Assembly: GCA_018221025.1 (NCBI GenBank)
Contig: JAAOXX010000001.1
Coordinates: 1-28,800 of the forward strand
Reading direction: 5' to 3'
Source of the DNA: Candidatus Altiarchaeota archaeon
GTDB taxonomy: Archaea; SpSt-1190
DNA length: 28,800 nt
This document shows, one piece after another, positions 16,212 to 25,340 of this stretch (its first letter is position 1; the number at the start of each line of letters is the position of its first letter). The notes beneath the pieces are model-generated. The model was not told the DNA's origin. It worked only from the letters and a program-made list of their open reading frames with translations, and did not search any database. The position numbers and the translations under genes are program-made.

Positions 16212-17393
16212 GTGAATATTCAGGAAAAACATGGTTTAGAGGCTAATATTTGGAAGATTTATCTACTGTCATTTTTCCAGATATTTTTCCTATTTGAACC
16301 TATTTTCTTCGTGTATCTTGAGAATGCACTCGGATTTACAATGTTTGAAATGATGTTAATTTCAGGGGTATTTTTATTTACGATGATGCTCTTCATGATA
16401 CCTGCCGGCGTCATGGGGGATAAATTAGGCTACAAAATTACACTAAGTATTGGAACTTTTTTGATTTTAATTGGGGTTGTTATGTGGGGATTTGCCAATA
16501 GTTTTTACGCCATACTTATTGCAGAAATCGTATGGGCAATCGGATGGGCATTAAAACTCGGCGTCCAGGACACACTTCTCTATGAAACCCTAAAGAGTCT
16601 CGGAAGGGAAAATGAATTCAAAAAAACCATTGGAAAGGTAACTGCCCTCTTTTGGATAGGTCTTGCATCAAGTGCATTAATTGGAAGTCTCTTGACACGA
16701 ATAAGTCCTTGGCTACCCGTTAAAATCGGATTCATTCCGATGATAATACCATTCATAGTGTCACTTTGGTTTGTCGAGCCACTAAGAACAAAAAATAAGA
16801 CTTCGTATCTCCAACACACGAAAGATGCATTAAAAAATATTAAAGAGAACGAGAGACTGAAATTATTTGTTTTTTATGCTGTTACGAGTGCAATGATAGT
16901 CGAAATCTCTTACAAATTTTTTCAACCACTTCTCAATAGAATTGGGGTTGAATTAGCATTATTCGGCGTCATATTTTCAATTAGTTATTTGTTGTCTGGT
17001 GCAGGTGCATTTTTTAGTTATAGGATTGAAAAATTGCTCGGTGAAAAAAGATTTCTTTACTCATTTTATGTTGGACTCTTGGTATTATTGATTTCTCTTG
17101 GAACAGTCTCATCGATGTTTGCAATACCCCTCATACTCTTGGTATTCATAATTGATGGGATAAAGGGTCCAGCAGTGCTTGACTACCTTAATCAAAACAT
17201 CGAGAGTCACAACAGAGCAACTATCAATTCAATAAGCAATATGGTGAAATCTCTGCTAGTGGCAGTAATGATTCCATTATTTGGATTACTCGGAGACCTG
17301 CATGGAATTTCAATAGTTTTTTGGATTACGGCCGGATTTTCACTCATATGTATTTTTGGACTGAAAGAACTGTACAGCCGCGCACAGAACTAA
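16212..17393 (+). CDS. MFS transporter
   Basis: About 12 hydrophobic helices; IPAGVMGDKLGYK motif A; G..DTLLYETLK. Confidence 0.9.
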   Translation: MNIQEKHGLEANIWKIYLLSFFQIFFLFEPIFFVYLENALGFTMFEMMLISGVFLFTMMLFMIPAGVMGDKLGYKITLSIGTFLILIGVVMWGFANSFYAILIAEIVWAIGWALKLGVQDTLLYETLKSLGRENEFKKTIGKVTALFWIGLASSALIGSLLTRISPWLPVKIGFIPMIIPFIVSLWFVEPLRTKNKTSYLQHTKDALKNIKENERLKLFVFYAVTSAMIVEISYKFFQPLLNRIGVELALFGVIFSISYLLSGAGAFFSYRIEKLLGEKRFLYSFYVGLLVLLISLGTVSSMFAIPLILLVFIIDGIKGPAVLDYLNQNIESHNRATINSISNMVKSLLVAVMIPLFGLLGDLHGISIVFWITAGFSLICIFGLKELYSRAQN

Positions 17394-17989
17394 TTACAAC
17401 CAACTTGTTTGAAACATTCTGAAATACTCTTAGCAAGTTCCTGAGAGCCTTCTGTAAAACTTCGAGGAATTATTTGACGCTGCGTCGTATCAACATAATT
17501 GTTGGGGAAAATAGACAGTGCCACTTCTGATGGGTTTTCTTGAATTAAGATTTCTCGTTTGATTCCCATATTGCTTAAAATTGTTTTTGAAACATCATAA
17601 GAACCTGCTGGAATTTTCAAAGTGGAGCCGTCGAGAGGGTCATGGTAAACTTTGCAGTATGCAGGAAGTGCTGAATTGAGATTAGTTTCACCATACAATG
17701 GAAATCCAATATGATTCATTTCTACTTTTTGAAAAACATACTCAGCAGGAGTATTCATTGCAACACCGAGAATATAATTAGGTTCAGAGCCAATAAAATC
17801 TTCGACATTTTCAATAAAAGTTGAAACCATTTTGGTGCCGAGACCCTTGCCAAATCCAAATTTATGGTAGATGGACATATGATTAATACTTAATTCTCCC
17901 GTTTGGAGATGGTGCGTCCACTCTAGCTCACCAGCCATTTCATTACCTTCTTTAAAAATCCACTTTCCACATGTAGACTTTGAATCCAC
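17390..17989 (-). CDS. Hypothetical protein, possible GNAT-like fold
   Basis: FGKGLGTKMV resembles the acetyl-CoA-binding motif; rest unrecognised; alternative start ATG 17938. Confidence 0.55.
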   Translation of the reverse strand: MDSKSTCGKWIFKEGNEMAGELEWTHHLQTGELSINHMSIYHKFGFGKGLGTKMVSTFIENVEDFIGSEPNYILGVAMNTPAEYVFQKVEMNHIGFPLYGETNLNSALPAYCKVYHDPLDGSTLKIPAGSYDVSKTILSNMGIKREILIQENPSEVALSIFPNNYVDTTQRQIIPRSFTEGSQELAKSISECFKQVGCN

Positions 17990-18109
17990 ACGAAATTATT
18001 ACTAAAGAATTTATATATTGAGTGTCCTACAGTTTCAAAAAAACTAAAGATTTTATCGACTCTTGTCTTAATTATTTACGACAAACCTTATATACAATTT
18101 ACGTTTCCT

Positions 18110-19648
18110 TTGAAGGTGGGACTACGAAAACGTAACAAATCAGAAAAAAATTCACCTCCATCTACTGATATTGAAAATCGCATACAACCAGGGGGCGTTG
18201 TTTTAACAGATAGTCAACAGAGTTGGTTATTGGGTGAAGGAGGGTCAGAAATGACGACATCACCAATAAAGCAACTGGAAAGTTTCGATGGGATTGACCA
18301 ATATGAAATTCGCCATCCTGAAATTACTGAGGAATTTAGTATATATGGTAGATTATTTAGGAAGAGTGGAACTAAGCCTTCTGAAGATGAAAGAGGTGCA
18401 TTACTCATACCCGGAATTACTTCGAACGGTGGTACTTTTGCAGCAGCCATCAAAGCTCTTTTGGAAGATGCTGAGTACGATTGGGCGGTTACAGTAAATA
18501 CACCGGGACATTATGGTTCAACCACAAAGTCGGGAAAAGTGAATATTGAGGATTATACTGAAGCTATGTGGAATTTCATGAACTTCATATATTCTGAAGA
18601 ACAAATTTCAGGCGACATGATGATTTCAGGGCACTCGGGTCATGCTGCAATTGCATTGGAAATGTATAATGAAGACTATAAGAATTTTATAGATTCCAAA
18701 GGTGCCGAGGGGGGTAAAATAAAGGGTGCAATTTTGGTTGGCCCAGCTTACCATCCAAGAGATTCTTATTTTGGACGATGGGGTCCCATCGTTGCAAAGC
18801 TGTTTAGTTTCTTCCCAGACAGATTAGTAAATGTGGCCGGAAAAGTTGTCAAAAATTATGCAAAGAATGCTACAAGCAAGGAAGAAGGCGAATTGCATGC
18901 AAAAAGGAAAGTTTTAGTTAAGAACAAAGAAATTTATGAGGACATTATGGCAATGAAAAGGTATCACGACCAACACAAAGGTACTCCCTTCTTAGTTGAC
19001 CCAGAACACATGAATGTAGCAATAATTAAGCCACTCAAAGATAAGTTGACTAAGAATGTTACGGATGAAAAACTTTATGCGTGGCATGGTCCTTTTACTA
19101 AGGTCATTCACATGGACCATAAGGGGCATAGTCCACAGAAAACAAATCCACTGAGATATGCTTTAATGCATAAAGAAGTGATTCAGGAGTTTGAAGTTGA
19201 CCAAGGAATAAAGAGCGTATTAGGTATATTGCCTATTAAGAGTGCATTATTTGGCATGTATCTACATGAACGGTCTCAACAAGGACAGGACTTTGTTGAG
19301 TTTAGTGATTTTGCTAAATATGCGTTCAATGGACGTTTATCTGAAACTGAACTTGCAGATGCGAGTACATACTGGATTCAACGATCAGGTCCAATATATG
19401 CACTCATCCATGAGGGTCTTGTTGAAGATGAAAACAACTTACTTCGGCTGACATCAAAGGGGCAACAGCACTTTGATGAACTAATTTACACGATGGCCAA
19501 CAATGAGCTGGGGTCAATAATCCCGGGCGAAGTAAGTAAACTAAATGTACCAGTGAGTTTTACGGAAGAATTTGGTCAGGGTACTGGAGACTACATAAAA
19601 AGTCAAGACGCTGGAGCCTACGTAGATACGCTTGCAGCTAAAGCTTAA
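18110..19648 (+). CDS. Alpha/beta-hydrolase-fold protein with C-terminal winged-helix-like region
   Basis: LLIPGITSNG, NTPGHYGS, ISGHSGH, ILVGPA, KD, GHSPQ in canonical order; LIHEGLV...LRLTSKG; start uncertain. Confidence 0.65.
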   Translation: MKVGLRKRNKSEKNSPPSTDIENRIQPGGVVLTDSQQSWLLGEGGSEMTTSPIKQLESFDGIDQYEIRHPEITEEFSIYGRLFRKSGTKPSEDERGALLIPGITSNGGTFAAAIKALLEDAEYDWAVTVNTPGHYGSTTKSGKVNIEDYTEAMWNFMNFIYSEEQISGDMMISGHSGHAAIALEMYNEDYKNFIDSKGAEGGKIKGAILVGPAYHPRDSYFGRWGPIVAKLFSFFPDRLVNVAGKVVKNYAKNATSKEEGELHAKRKVLVKNKEIYEDIMAMKRYHDQHKGTPFLVDPEHMNVAIIKPLKDKLTKNVTDEKLYAWHGPFTKVIHMDHKGHSPQKTNPLRYALMHKEVIQEFEVDQGIKSVLGILPIKSALFGMYLHERSQQGQDFVEFSDFAKYAFNGRLSETELADASTYWIQRSGPIYALIHEGLVEDENNLLRLTSKGQQHFDELIYTMANNELGSIIPGEVSKLNVPVSFTEEFGQGTGDYIKSQDAGAYVDTLAAKA

Positions 19649-19693
19649 GCATACTATACACACATCCAACTTAACCCGCGAGTGAAGTTCCTA

Positions 19694-19891
19694 TTATGTT
19701 AAGACCTTGTACATAGGTTTTGCATATGCCAACACGAAAACTATCAAGTACCAGTACCATTCAAGACTCAATAGAGGCGGCCATACCTTTGCTAAAAACA
19801 AAGTAAATGCAGCAACACCAAGCTTGATTAGCTTTATATCACAAATAGTCATTTTTTTCAATTTCTCTTCGGCCCATTTCATAAGTCCCAT
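19694..19891 (-). CDS. Small 2-TM membrane protein
   Basis: MGLMKWAEEKLKK...DIKLIK...AKVWPPLLSLEWYWY; ATG 19891. Confidence 0.75.
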   Translation of the reverse strand: MGLMKWAEEKLKKMTICDIKLIKLGVAAFTLFLAKVWPPLLSLEWYWYLIVFVLAYAKPMYKVLT

Positions 19892-19928
19892 TCCAATCGG
19901 GCGCAATTTGGGTATTTATGCTGTTCCT

Positions 19929-20028
19929 TTGATCAAAATCCCATTTTGGTCAAGGTGCCCAAAGGGCATCCTACGGATTTTGGAACGGAGCCCGAAGGGC
20001 GGAGTGAGAAAAGTCCCGTTTTACGGGA
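19929..20028. repeat. Cluster of five short palindromes, each with a 3-nt centre
   Basis: 19929-19953, 19956-19968, 19968-19978, 19990-20000 and 20014-20028, directly 3' of the tRNA. Confidence 0.8.
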
Positions 20029-20038
20029 AAAGCTTGAA

Positions 20039-20113
20039 TGCCCCAAGCGGGATTCGAACCCGCGTCGCGGGATTGAGAGTCCCGAATCCTTGGCCGGGCT
20101 AGACGATTGGGGC
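20039..20113 (-). tRNA. tRNA-Glu(CTC), no intron, CCA not encoded
   Basis: Acceptor GCCCCAA/TTGGGGC plus A73; anticodon arm CGGGA-CTCTCAA-TCCCG; T arm GCGGG-TTCGAAT-CCCGC; 75 nt. Confidence 0.97.
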
Positions 20114-20138
20114 GACGTATAAGAATGTGGATTTGTTA

Positions 20139-20147
20139 TTTTTAAAA
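20139..20147 (-). promoter_or_regulatory. TATA box of the tRNA gene
   Basis: TTTTAAAAA on the minus strand, 26-34 nt upstream of tRNA position 1. Confidence 0.5.
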
Positions 20148-20378
20148 CGTAGTATGAAATCAGTTGTAAAGAATAAATCATGACAGAAACTCTGTTCCGG
20201 ACTGTTTTTTGAAATAATTATTGAGTTTACCATCTAAACCATCAAGAAGTTCGTCGAAATCGTCTTCCTTTTTATCAAAGTCCACGACAACTCTACGATT
20301 TTTTCAATCCACATATTTTAGGAAAATCGTTCCATAGAGAATAAATTGTCAGAAATTTAAAGACACGCAAGATACATA

Positions 20379-21260
20379 TTGGTGGTCGGAAAAGATAAGT
20401 TACAAACCAACAGAACCTGCCCAAACTGCAAAACCAATATGGAATCAAAAATTACTAACTGGACCTTCTTCTGTAGAAATTGTGGACTCTGGACTTCAAA
20501 TCTAGGATCAAAAGAAAACCGGCTTTTAAGAGAAATGGATGTGTCCCAAAAAGACAGGATCAAGGGTTTGCATTCAATAAGGCTTGAGAATGCAACAATT
20601 ACAAGGCGCGCTTTTGAAAAGCATGACACCTTACACGGAAAAACACTCTGTGATGTGGGTTCAGGATATGGGTGGTTTAATCAAGTTTTTGAAGAAGGCG
20701 GTGCACAGGTCTTGGGAATTGAACCGGAAAAAATAGTCGCAAAGCAAGCAAGGGTAAAAACGCGCATTGGATATTTTCCAAACGCACTGAAAAGAGGGGA
20801 GCGGTTTGATATTATATCGTTTAATGATGTGTTTGAGCATATGAACCACCCAAGTAAGGTATTGGAAGAAGTTCACAAACGACTAAACAAAAAAGGCAAA
20901 CTAATAGTTTCCGTTCCCAGTAGTGGAGGCTTATTTTACAGGTTAATCCCTGTATTCCATAAGCTCGGTTACAGGGAACCATGGAATAGACTCTGGCAAT
21001 GTGAATTTAATTCCCCACACGTCTTATATTTCAATTCAAATAATCTGAAAGCTTTAATTGAAAAAAAGGGTTTCAGACAAATTGACAAAGGGCGGCTGAA
21101 AACATTCGAACTAAGGGGATTGAAAAACAGAATCAATACTGGTAAAGGCACAGGAAAGATTATATCATGTCTACTATTCGCGGTGCTTGTCCTGACCTAT
21201 CCACTAATCAATTACATATTCCCAAGCGATTCAATTTTCCAGATTTTTGAGAAGGTTTAA
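20379..21260 (+). CDS. Class I SAM-dependent methyltransferase with N-terminal CxxC/CxxC zinc ribbon
   Basis: CPNC...CRNC; LCDVGSGYGWF; FDIISFNDVFEHMNHP; PHVLYFN. Confidence 0.9.
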   Translation: MVVGKDKLQTNRTCPNCKTNMESKITNWTFFCRNCGLWTSNLGSKENRLLREMDVSQKDRIKGLHSIRLENATITRRAFEKHDTLHGKTLCDVGSGYGWFNQVFEEGGAQVLGIEPEKIVAKQARVKTRIGYFPNALKRGERFDIISFNDVFEHMNHPSKVLEEVHKRLNKKGKLIVSVPSSGGLFYRLIPVFHKLGYREPWNRLWQCEFNSPHVLYFNSNNLKALIEKKGFRQIDKGRLKTFELRGLKNRINTGKGTGKIISCLLFAVLVLTYPLINYIFPSDSIFQIFEKV

Positions 21261-21317
21261 GGTAATAAAAACAATTACATAAATAACTAAGTTGCATAGT
21301 TTTAGTAAGGGACTTGC

Positions 21318-21872
21318 ATGGCAAAAGTAATGAATGTTGTTTTTGGGGTTGGTATTGCAATTATGATTTTCATTGTAGCGCTACTTGGTATTGAAGTATT
21401 CTACCCAAGACCCGACATTGCAGATTTTGGTTGTAATGATATCAGAGCCCCCAAACTTACTCCATGTACAGAAAATATGACTGTTGGTGAGTGTAGGGAC
21501 CTTGAATTTCAACAGATGATTGACCAAGAAAACAGTCAAGAATCTAAGGATTGTTGGGATCTGTATGATAGTGCTCGAGATGATTATAATAGGGATTTCT
21601 TCCTCATTACTGCAGTCTTAGGATTCATAGCAATAATTGGAAGCATGTACATGTTCAGTATGATTAATATTGCAGCAGGAACTACGTCTTCAGGATTAGC
21701 ACTAATAGTATTTGGATTTATGGTTGGTTGGCAGAGTACAAACGATTCAATTAAATTCATAGTCAGCATCATTATCACCATGGTTGTCGTAAAATTCGCC
21801 ATAATTGTGAACAAATGGTATGATGTAAAAAACAAAGGTCAAAGCACCCCAAAACGAATCAAGAAAAAGTAA
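21318..21872 (+). CDS. Membrane protein (4 TM, Cys-containing extracellular loop)
   Basis: Hydrophobic helices flanking a loop with four Cys; basic C-terminal tail. Confidence 0.75.
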   Translation: MAKVMNVVFGVGIAIMIFIVALLGIEVFYPRPDIADFGCNDIRAPKLTPCTENMTVGECRDLEFQQMIDQENSQESKDCWDLYDSARDDYNRDFFLITAVLGFIAIIGSMYMFSMINIAAGTTSSGLALIVFGFMVGWQSTNDSIKFIVSIIITMVVVKFAIIVNKWYDVKNKGQSTPKRIKKK

Positions 21873-21877
21873 ACGGT

Positions 21878-22681
21878 TCACAATTCTAAAGAATTCATTA
21901 CGTCGTCATGTGAAAAATCAGCCCCAAGTTGTGAAGCAAATTTTCGTTTCCCAAATTGGAAATATACCACATCATTTTCAACACTCCAATATTTCCCATC
22001 AAAAATCATTTTCACTTCGTATTTTTTACGGTCCTCATCATCATAAGTAACCCTATTCAAGAGTGCATATCCATTGTCTTTTCGAATCAATGTAATAAAA
22101 TCAATAAACTCCTCATCAGTTCCTTTGTCTTTTTGATGCATGGGTGATGTATTGCAAACATCATAGGCGTTAAGTGAAGTAAAAATCAAATCTGAAAAAT
22201 TCACACCATAATTGGAAACAAGTGTTGCAACACTGTACAAATCACTAGGGTAAAAATATTCTTTGTGGAACTTATCGCTTAGCTCGCCAACACTTTTCAC
22301 ATCCGGACTAATTGAATATAATTCTTCAAATAATGTAGAAACCATATCTATGTTCGCATCGGAACCAGAATCAATTATTTGTTCACAAATTGTTACAATA
22401 TCCTTAACTTCAGGCAATTTTCTTAATCCGATTTCAATATCCTCAAGTAAAGCTTGGGCTAATCCAATAATTACTGCTGGTCGCCTAAATTTATCGACAT
22501 AATCAGATGCACCTTCAGCAATTTTCACTTGTGCCGTTATACTTTTATTCAGAAACTTTACACCAACACCTTCTTGTTCCTTCATATTCTTCCCCCGAAG
22601 CTTTACATCAACACCTTCAAAACTTTCAAATTCTGTTGGAAATTTTTTGACAATATCAACGGCACTATCGTAGGTTACCAC
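21878..22681 (-). CDS. Hypothetical acidic protein
   Basis: 267-aa open frame, GTG start, no motif recognised. Confidence 0.7.
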   Translation of the reverse strand: MVTYDSAVDIVKKFPTEFESFEGVDVKLRGKNMKEQEGVGVKFLNKSITAQVKIAEGASDYVDKFRRPAVIIGLAQALLEDIEIGLRKLPEVKDIVTICEQIIDSGSDANIDMVSTLFEELYSISPDVKSVGELSDKFHKEYFYPSDLYSVATLVSNYGVNFSDLIFTSLNAYDVCNTSPMHQKDKGTDEEFIDFITLIRKDNGYALLNRVTYDDEDRKKYEVKMIFDGKYWSVENDVVYFQFGKRKFASQLGADFSHDDVMNSLEL

Positions 22682-22837
22682 AAAACTATGTCACTCTGGA
22701 GTTTAAAAATATGACAATAAAATGAACTCAAATTTCCATTTTATTCACAACGCACACGTTTTTAATCTTTTGATTATTTCTCATCTACGACAAACAAGTT
22801 GATTTTTGTCTTGGTTATGGGTTTCTTAGCACTTAGT

Positions 22838-22881
22838 ACGGGTGCATTCGCACAGCAAATGCCCGTCTTTTTTTATTTTTT
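22838..22881. terminator. Hairpin plus T-tract, terminator-like
   Basis: ACGGG-TG-CATTCGC-ACA-GCAAATG-CCCGT then CTTTTTTTTATTTTTT on the plus strand. Confidence 0.4.
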
Positions 22882-22885
22882 AAAT

Positions 22886-23596
22886 TTAAGCATCAAAGCC
22901 CTCTTCAATAGCAGGATAACCATACTTTTGTGAAGGGGAACCATGTAAGAATTCCATTGCAGAATAAACCCTGTCTTTGATTCGTGTTGACAAGGGTTTC
23001 CACTCAGTTTCAGGGTGATAGTGTTGGATTGCTCCATGTAATTCGCCAAATGCTTTTCTTACATTTCTGCGCCCCATCTCTCGTTTTAATTTGGAACTAA
23101 CCTCATAATCATCTCCGTATTTCTCTTTGTAGTCCGGCATTCGCTTCTCAACTATTGTTGAATCAATAACAGTTCCAGCACACCCGAAAAAGAGAGCAGA
23201 TGGGAAACCAACATAAAAGGGCCAAACATCCCGAGTAACTGCAGTTCCTGCAATAATTCCTAAAATAGAACCAACAAAAGCAGCCATAGAAACAATAGGC
23301 ATCCCGTCATCAGCATAGCCGTCCCAAAATCCTGTAAATTCCTTAGACGCATTAGCTAGTTTAGTAGAATAAGTTTCAAAGGAAGTATAGTCGTTAAAAT
23401 TAACTTCACTAGACTCTCCCGTTTCAACTAAATAAGCATCAGCAAGTTTAGCAATAACTTTGAAGCCATTCCAATGTTCAGCAATTTGAGTCTGAAGTTT
23501 TGTCCCAGCCGATTTCCAATCATCAACCATGCCTCGTTCTTCAAAAAACGCGAAGTACTGTTCAATATTTTCCTTATTGTGTTCAACATCACTCAT
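22886..23596 (-). CDS. Hypothetical protein with two central TM helices
   Basis: Track 22886..23656; ATG 23596 after GGAG; hydrophobic hairpin IVSMAAFVGSILGII...YVGFPSALFFG. Confidence 0.7.
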   Translation of the reverse strand: MSDVEHNKENIEQYFAFFEERGMVDDWKSAGTKLQTQIAEHWNGFKVIAKLADAYLVETGESSEVNFNDYTSFETYSTKLANASKEFTGFWDGYADDGMPIVSMAAFVGSILGIIAGTAVTRDVWPFYVGFPSALFFGCAGTVIDSTIVEKRMPDYKEKYGDDYEVSSKLKREMGRRNVRKAFGELHGAIQHYHPETEWKPLSTRIKDRVYSAMEFLHGSPSQKYGYPAIEEGFDA

Positions 23597-23668
23597 ATTA
23601 CTTACTCCAGAGTAGAGTTTTAAAACATTTGGATTCGACGTATGTTGACACGACAAAAACCCAACAGT

Positions 23669-24178
23669 TTAGGTATATCTTTCTGCCACGCGTCCAGGAA
23701 GTATTACTGCAAGCTTCTTAGTAAGTATATCTGTTTCTGCAGCACTTCGTTTGTTGGGACCAAGATATAACTTAACACCATGCTCATTTCCAAAACTTTT
23801 GTAAGTTTCAGGAGAATCTGGAATTCCTACAGGTGCTTGAAAAGCTCCCATATCTGAAAGATTAGTGCAAATATCCATTTCCCTTGCATAAACTGAGTTG
23901 GTTGAATTTTTTTGTGTAGATACACGCAATTCTCCATCACGAACACCAATTACTGCGGTTCCACCCCTCGAAATTCCCCCTGCAACTTCTTCAGAAACTG
24001 GGAGGTCATAACTAGAAGAAATATTGTCTTCAGTAAGGACACCAATTTTAATTATATCTGAATCTGCGGAGTCGGATTTGTGCCTCCAAATTACTGCAGT
24101 ATCTCCTTCTGACAAAGAAATCTGTTCGGGAGAATTCATACTAGCCGGAATAATTACATATGCTGATTGTTCAGTCAT
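23669..24178 (-). CDS. Hypothetical protein with divergent FHA-like domain
   Basis: AVIWR, GISRGG..IGVRDG, NSTNSVY in FHA order and spacing. Confidence 0.5.
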   Translation of the reverse strand: MTEQSAYVIIPASMNSPEQISLSEGDTAVIWRHKSDSADSDIIKIGVLTEDNISSSYDLPVSEEVAGGISRGGTAVIGVRDGELRVSTQKNSTNSVYAREMDICTNLSDMGAFQAPVGIPDSPETYKSFGNEHGVKLYLGPNKRSAAETDILTKKLAVILPGRVAERYT

Positions 24179-24231
24179 TACATTCTGTGTTCATTTCGAT
24201 TTAAATATATTACCAATGAGTAACAACTTAA

Positions 24232-24786
24232 TCAGAATGTATCTCTGGACTTAAATTCAGTCTTCAAAATTCCATAACGGAATTCATCATGCCAACTACC
24301 GCGTTTAAATCTCTCATCCCTCAAGAGTCCTTCCCGTTTGAATCCACATTTTTCCAATACTCTCTTTGAACCGGTGTTTACTGAAAAAATTCCGGCAGAA
24401 ATCTTATGGAGTTTAAGCTGATTGAATCCAAAATCAAGCACAAGATTAACCGCCTCAGTCATAATTCCCCTTCCCCAAAAATCCTTACTAAGCCAATAAC
24501 CAATGAATGTTTTCTTTTCAATCGGTTTTATGTCTCCGAGTCCAATAGATCCAATAAGTTTATCAGTTTCATTCAAAATAATTCCAAAATTGTAGCTTTT
24601 TCCAGAAGCAAATTCCCTTTGCTTTTTCTGTATAAATTTTTCTGCTCCGTTTCGAGGATATGGATACGGTATATTCTTAGTCCATCTCGAAATTTCCCTA
24701 AATCTAATATGTTGGTACATATCATCAGCATCAGAGATTTTCAATGGACGAATTTTAATTCGGTCAGTTGAATATTCGAGTTTCAT
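24232..24786 (-). CDS. GNAT N-acetyltransferase, RimJ/RimL family
   Basis: IGYWLSKDFWGRGIMTEAV, N..SKRVLEKCGFKREG.LR. Confidence 0.93.
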   Translation of the reverse strand: MKLEYSTDRIKIRPLKISDADDMYQHIRFREISRWTKNIPYPYPRNGAEKFIQKKQREFASGKSYNFGIILNETDKLIGSIGLGDIKPIEKKTFIGYWLSKDFWGRGIMTEAVNLVLDFGFNQLKLHKISAGIFSVNTGSKRVLEKCGFKREGLLRDERFKRGSWHDEFRYGILKTEFKSRDTF

Positions 24787-24865
24787 AGAAAATCATATCA
24801 CCCGCATTTTTAAGCCATTTAGTGAGCCGAGTAAACATATATAATGCCAATGTTAACTGCAACCT

Positions 24866-25273
24866 ATGGGGACATACTATCCGAGTTATTATTGGGTTCA
24901 ACCCAATTCTTATCCGGATGCCCCAACACCAAAGAATAAGTGGCTCCCTTGGGCAATAATCTTCATTTTGATTGTGGCTTCATTCTACACAATTTACCTA
25001 TATATTCAACCGGATTTTGTAATGGAAAGCGCGGCTTGCAGTAAACAATATACAATTGTGCATTTGATTACTGCAAAAGCGGGGCGTTTTTTCATGGGTG
25101 AATTTAGTGTAAATATTGCCGGAATTGACTATACAGATAAGGTGACGAGTACGGTCACTGAGGGCGAAAAATTAGACATAGTCTTTGATGTTGCACTTGC
25201 CCCTGGCACATACAGTGGCGAGGCTTATTTTAGAGGTAGTTTTCTGGGTGATTTTTCCTGTAGAGTCATATAA
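24866..25273 (+). CDS. Membrane-anchored hypothetical protein
   Basis: Y/P-rich N-terminus, one TM helix, beta-rich C-terminal domain. Confidence 0.7.
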   Translation: MGTYYPSYYWVQPNSYPDAPTPKNKWLPWAIIFILIVASFYTIYLYIQPDFVMESAACSKQYTIVHLITAKAGRFFMGEFSVNIAGIDYTDKVTSTVTEGEKLDIVFDVALAPGTYSGEAYFRGSFLGDFSCRVI

Positions 25274-25340
25274 TCTACCCAAGAGCCAGATGAATCTTAA
25301 AGCTTATAATAGGTTGAGCGAAAGTTGTAGAGGTGGTTAA

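Noticed and set aside
20039-20060. Provirus or integrative element at tRNA-Glu
   Set aside because: No duplicated tRNA 3' end seen (only a 9-nt TGCCCCAAG match inside rps27ae) and no integrase in the window.
19707-20102. 131-aa ORF (and opposite ORF 19933..20181)
   Set aside because: Both overlap the tRNA and the palindrome cluster; they are shadow frames.
20178-20300. Protein-like minus-strand fragment (KNRRVVVDFDKKEDDFDELLDGLDGKLNNYFKKQSGTEFLS)
   Set aside because: Preceded by an in-frame TGA, with no good start or SD and no recognisable homology; possibly a gene remnant but unsupported.
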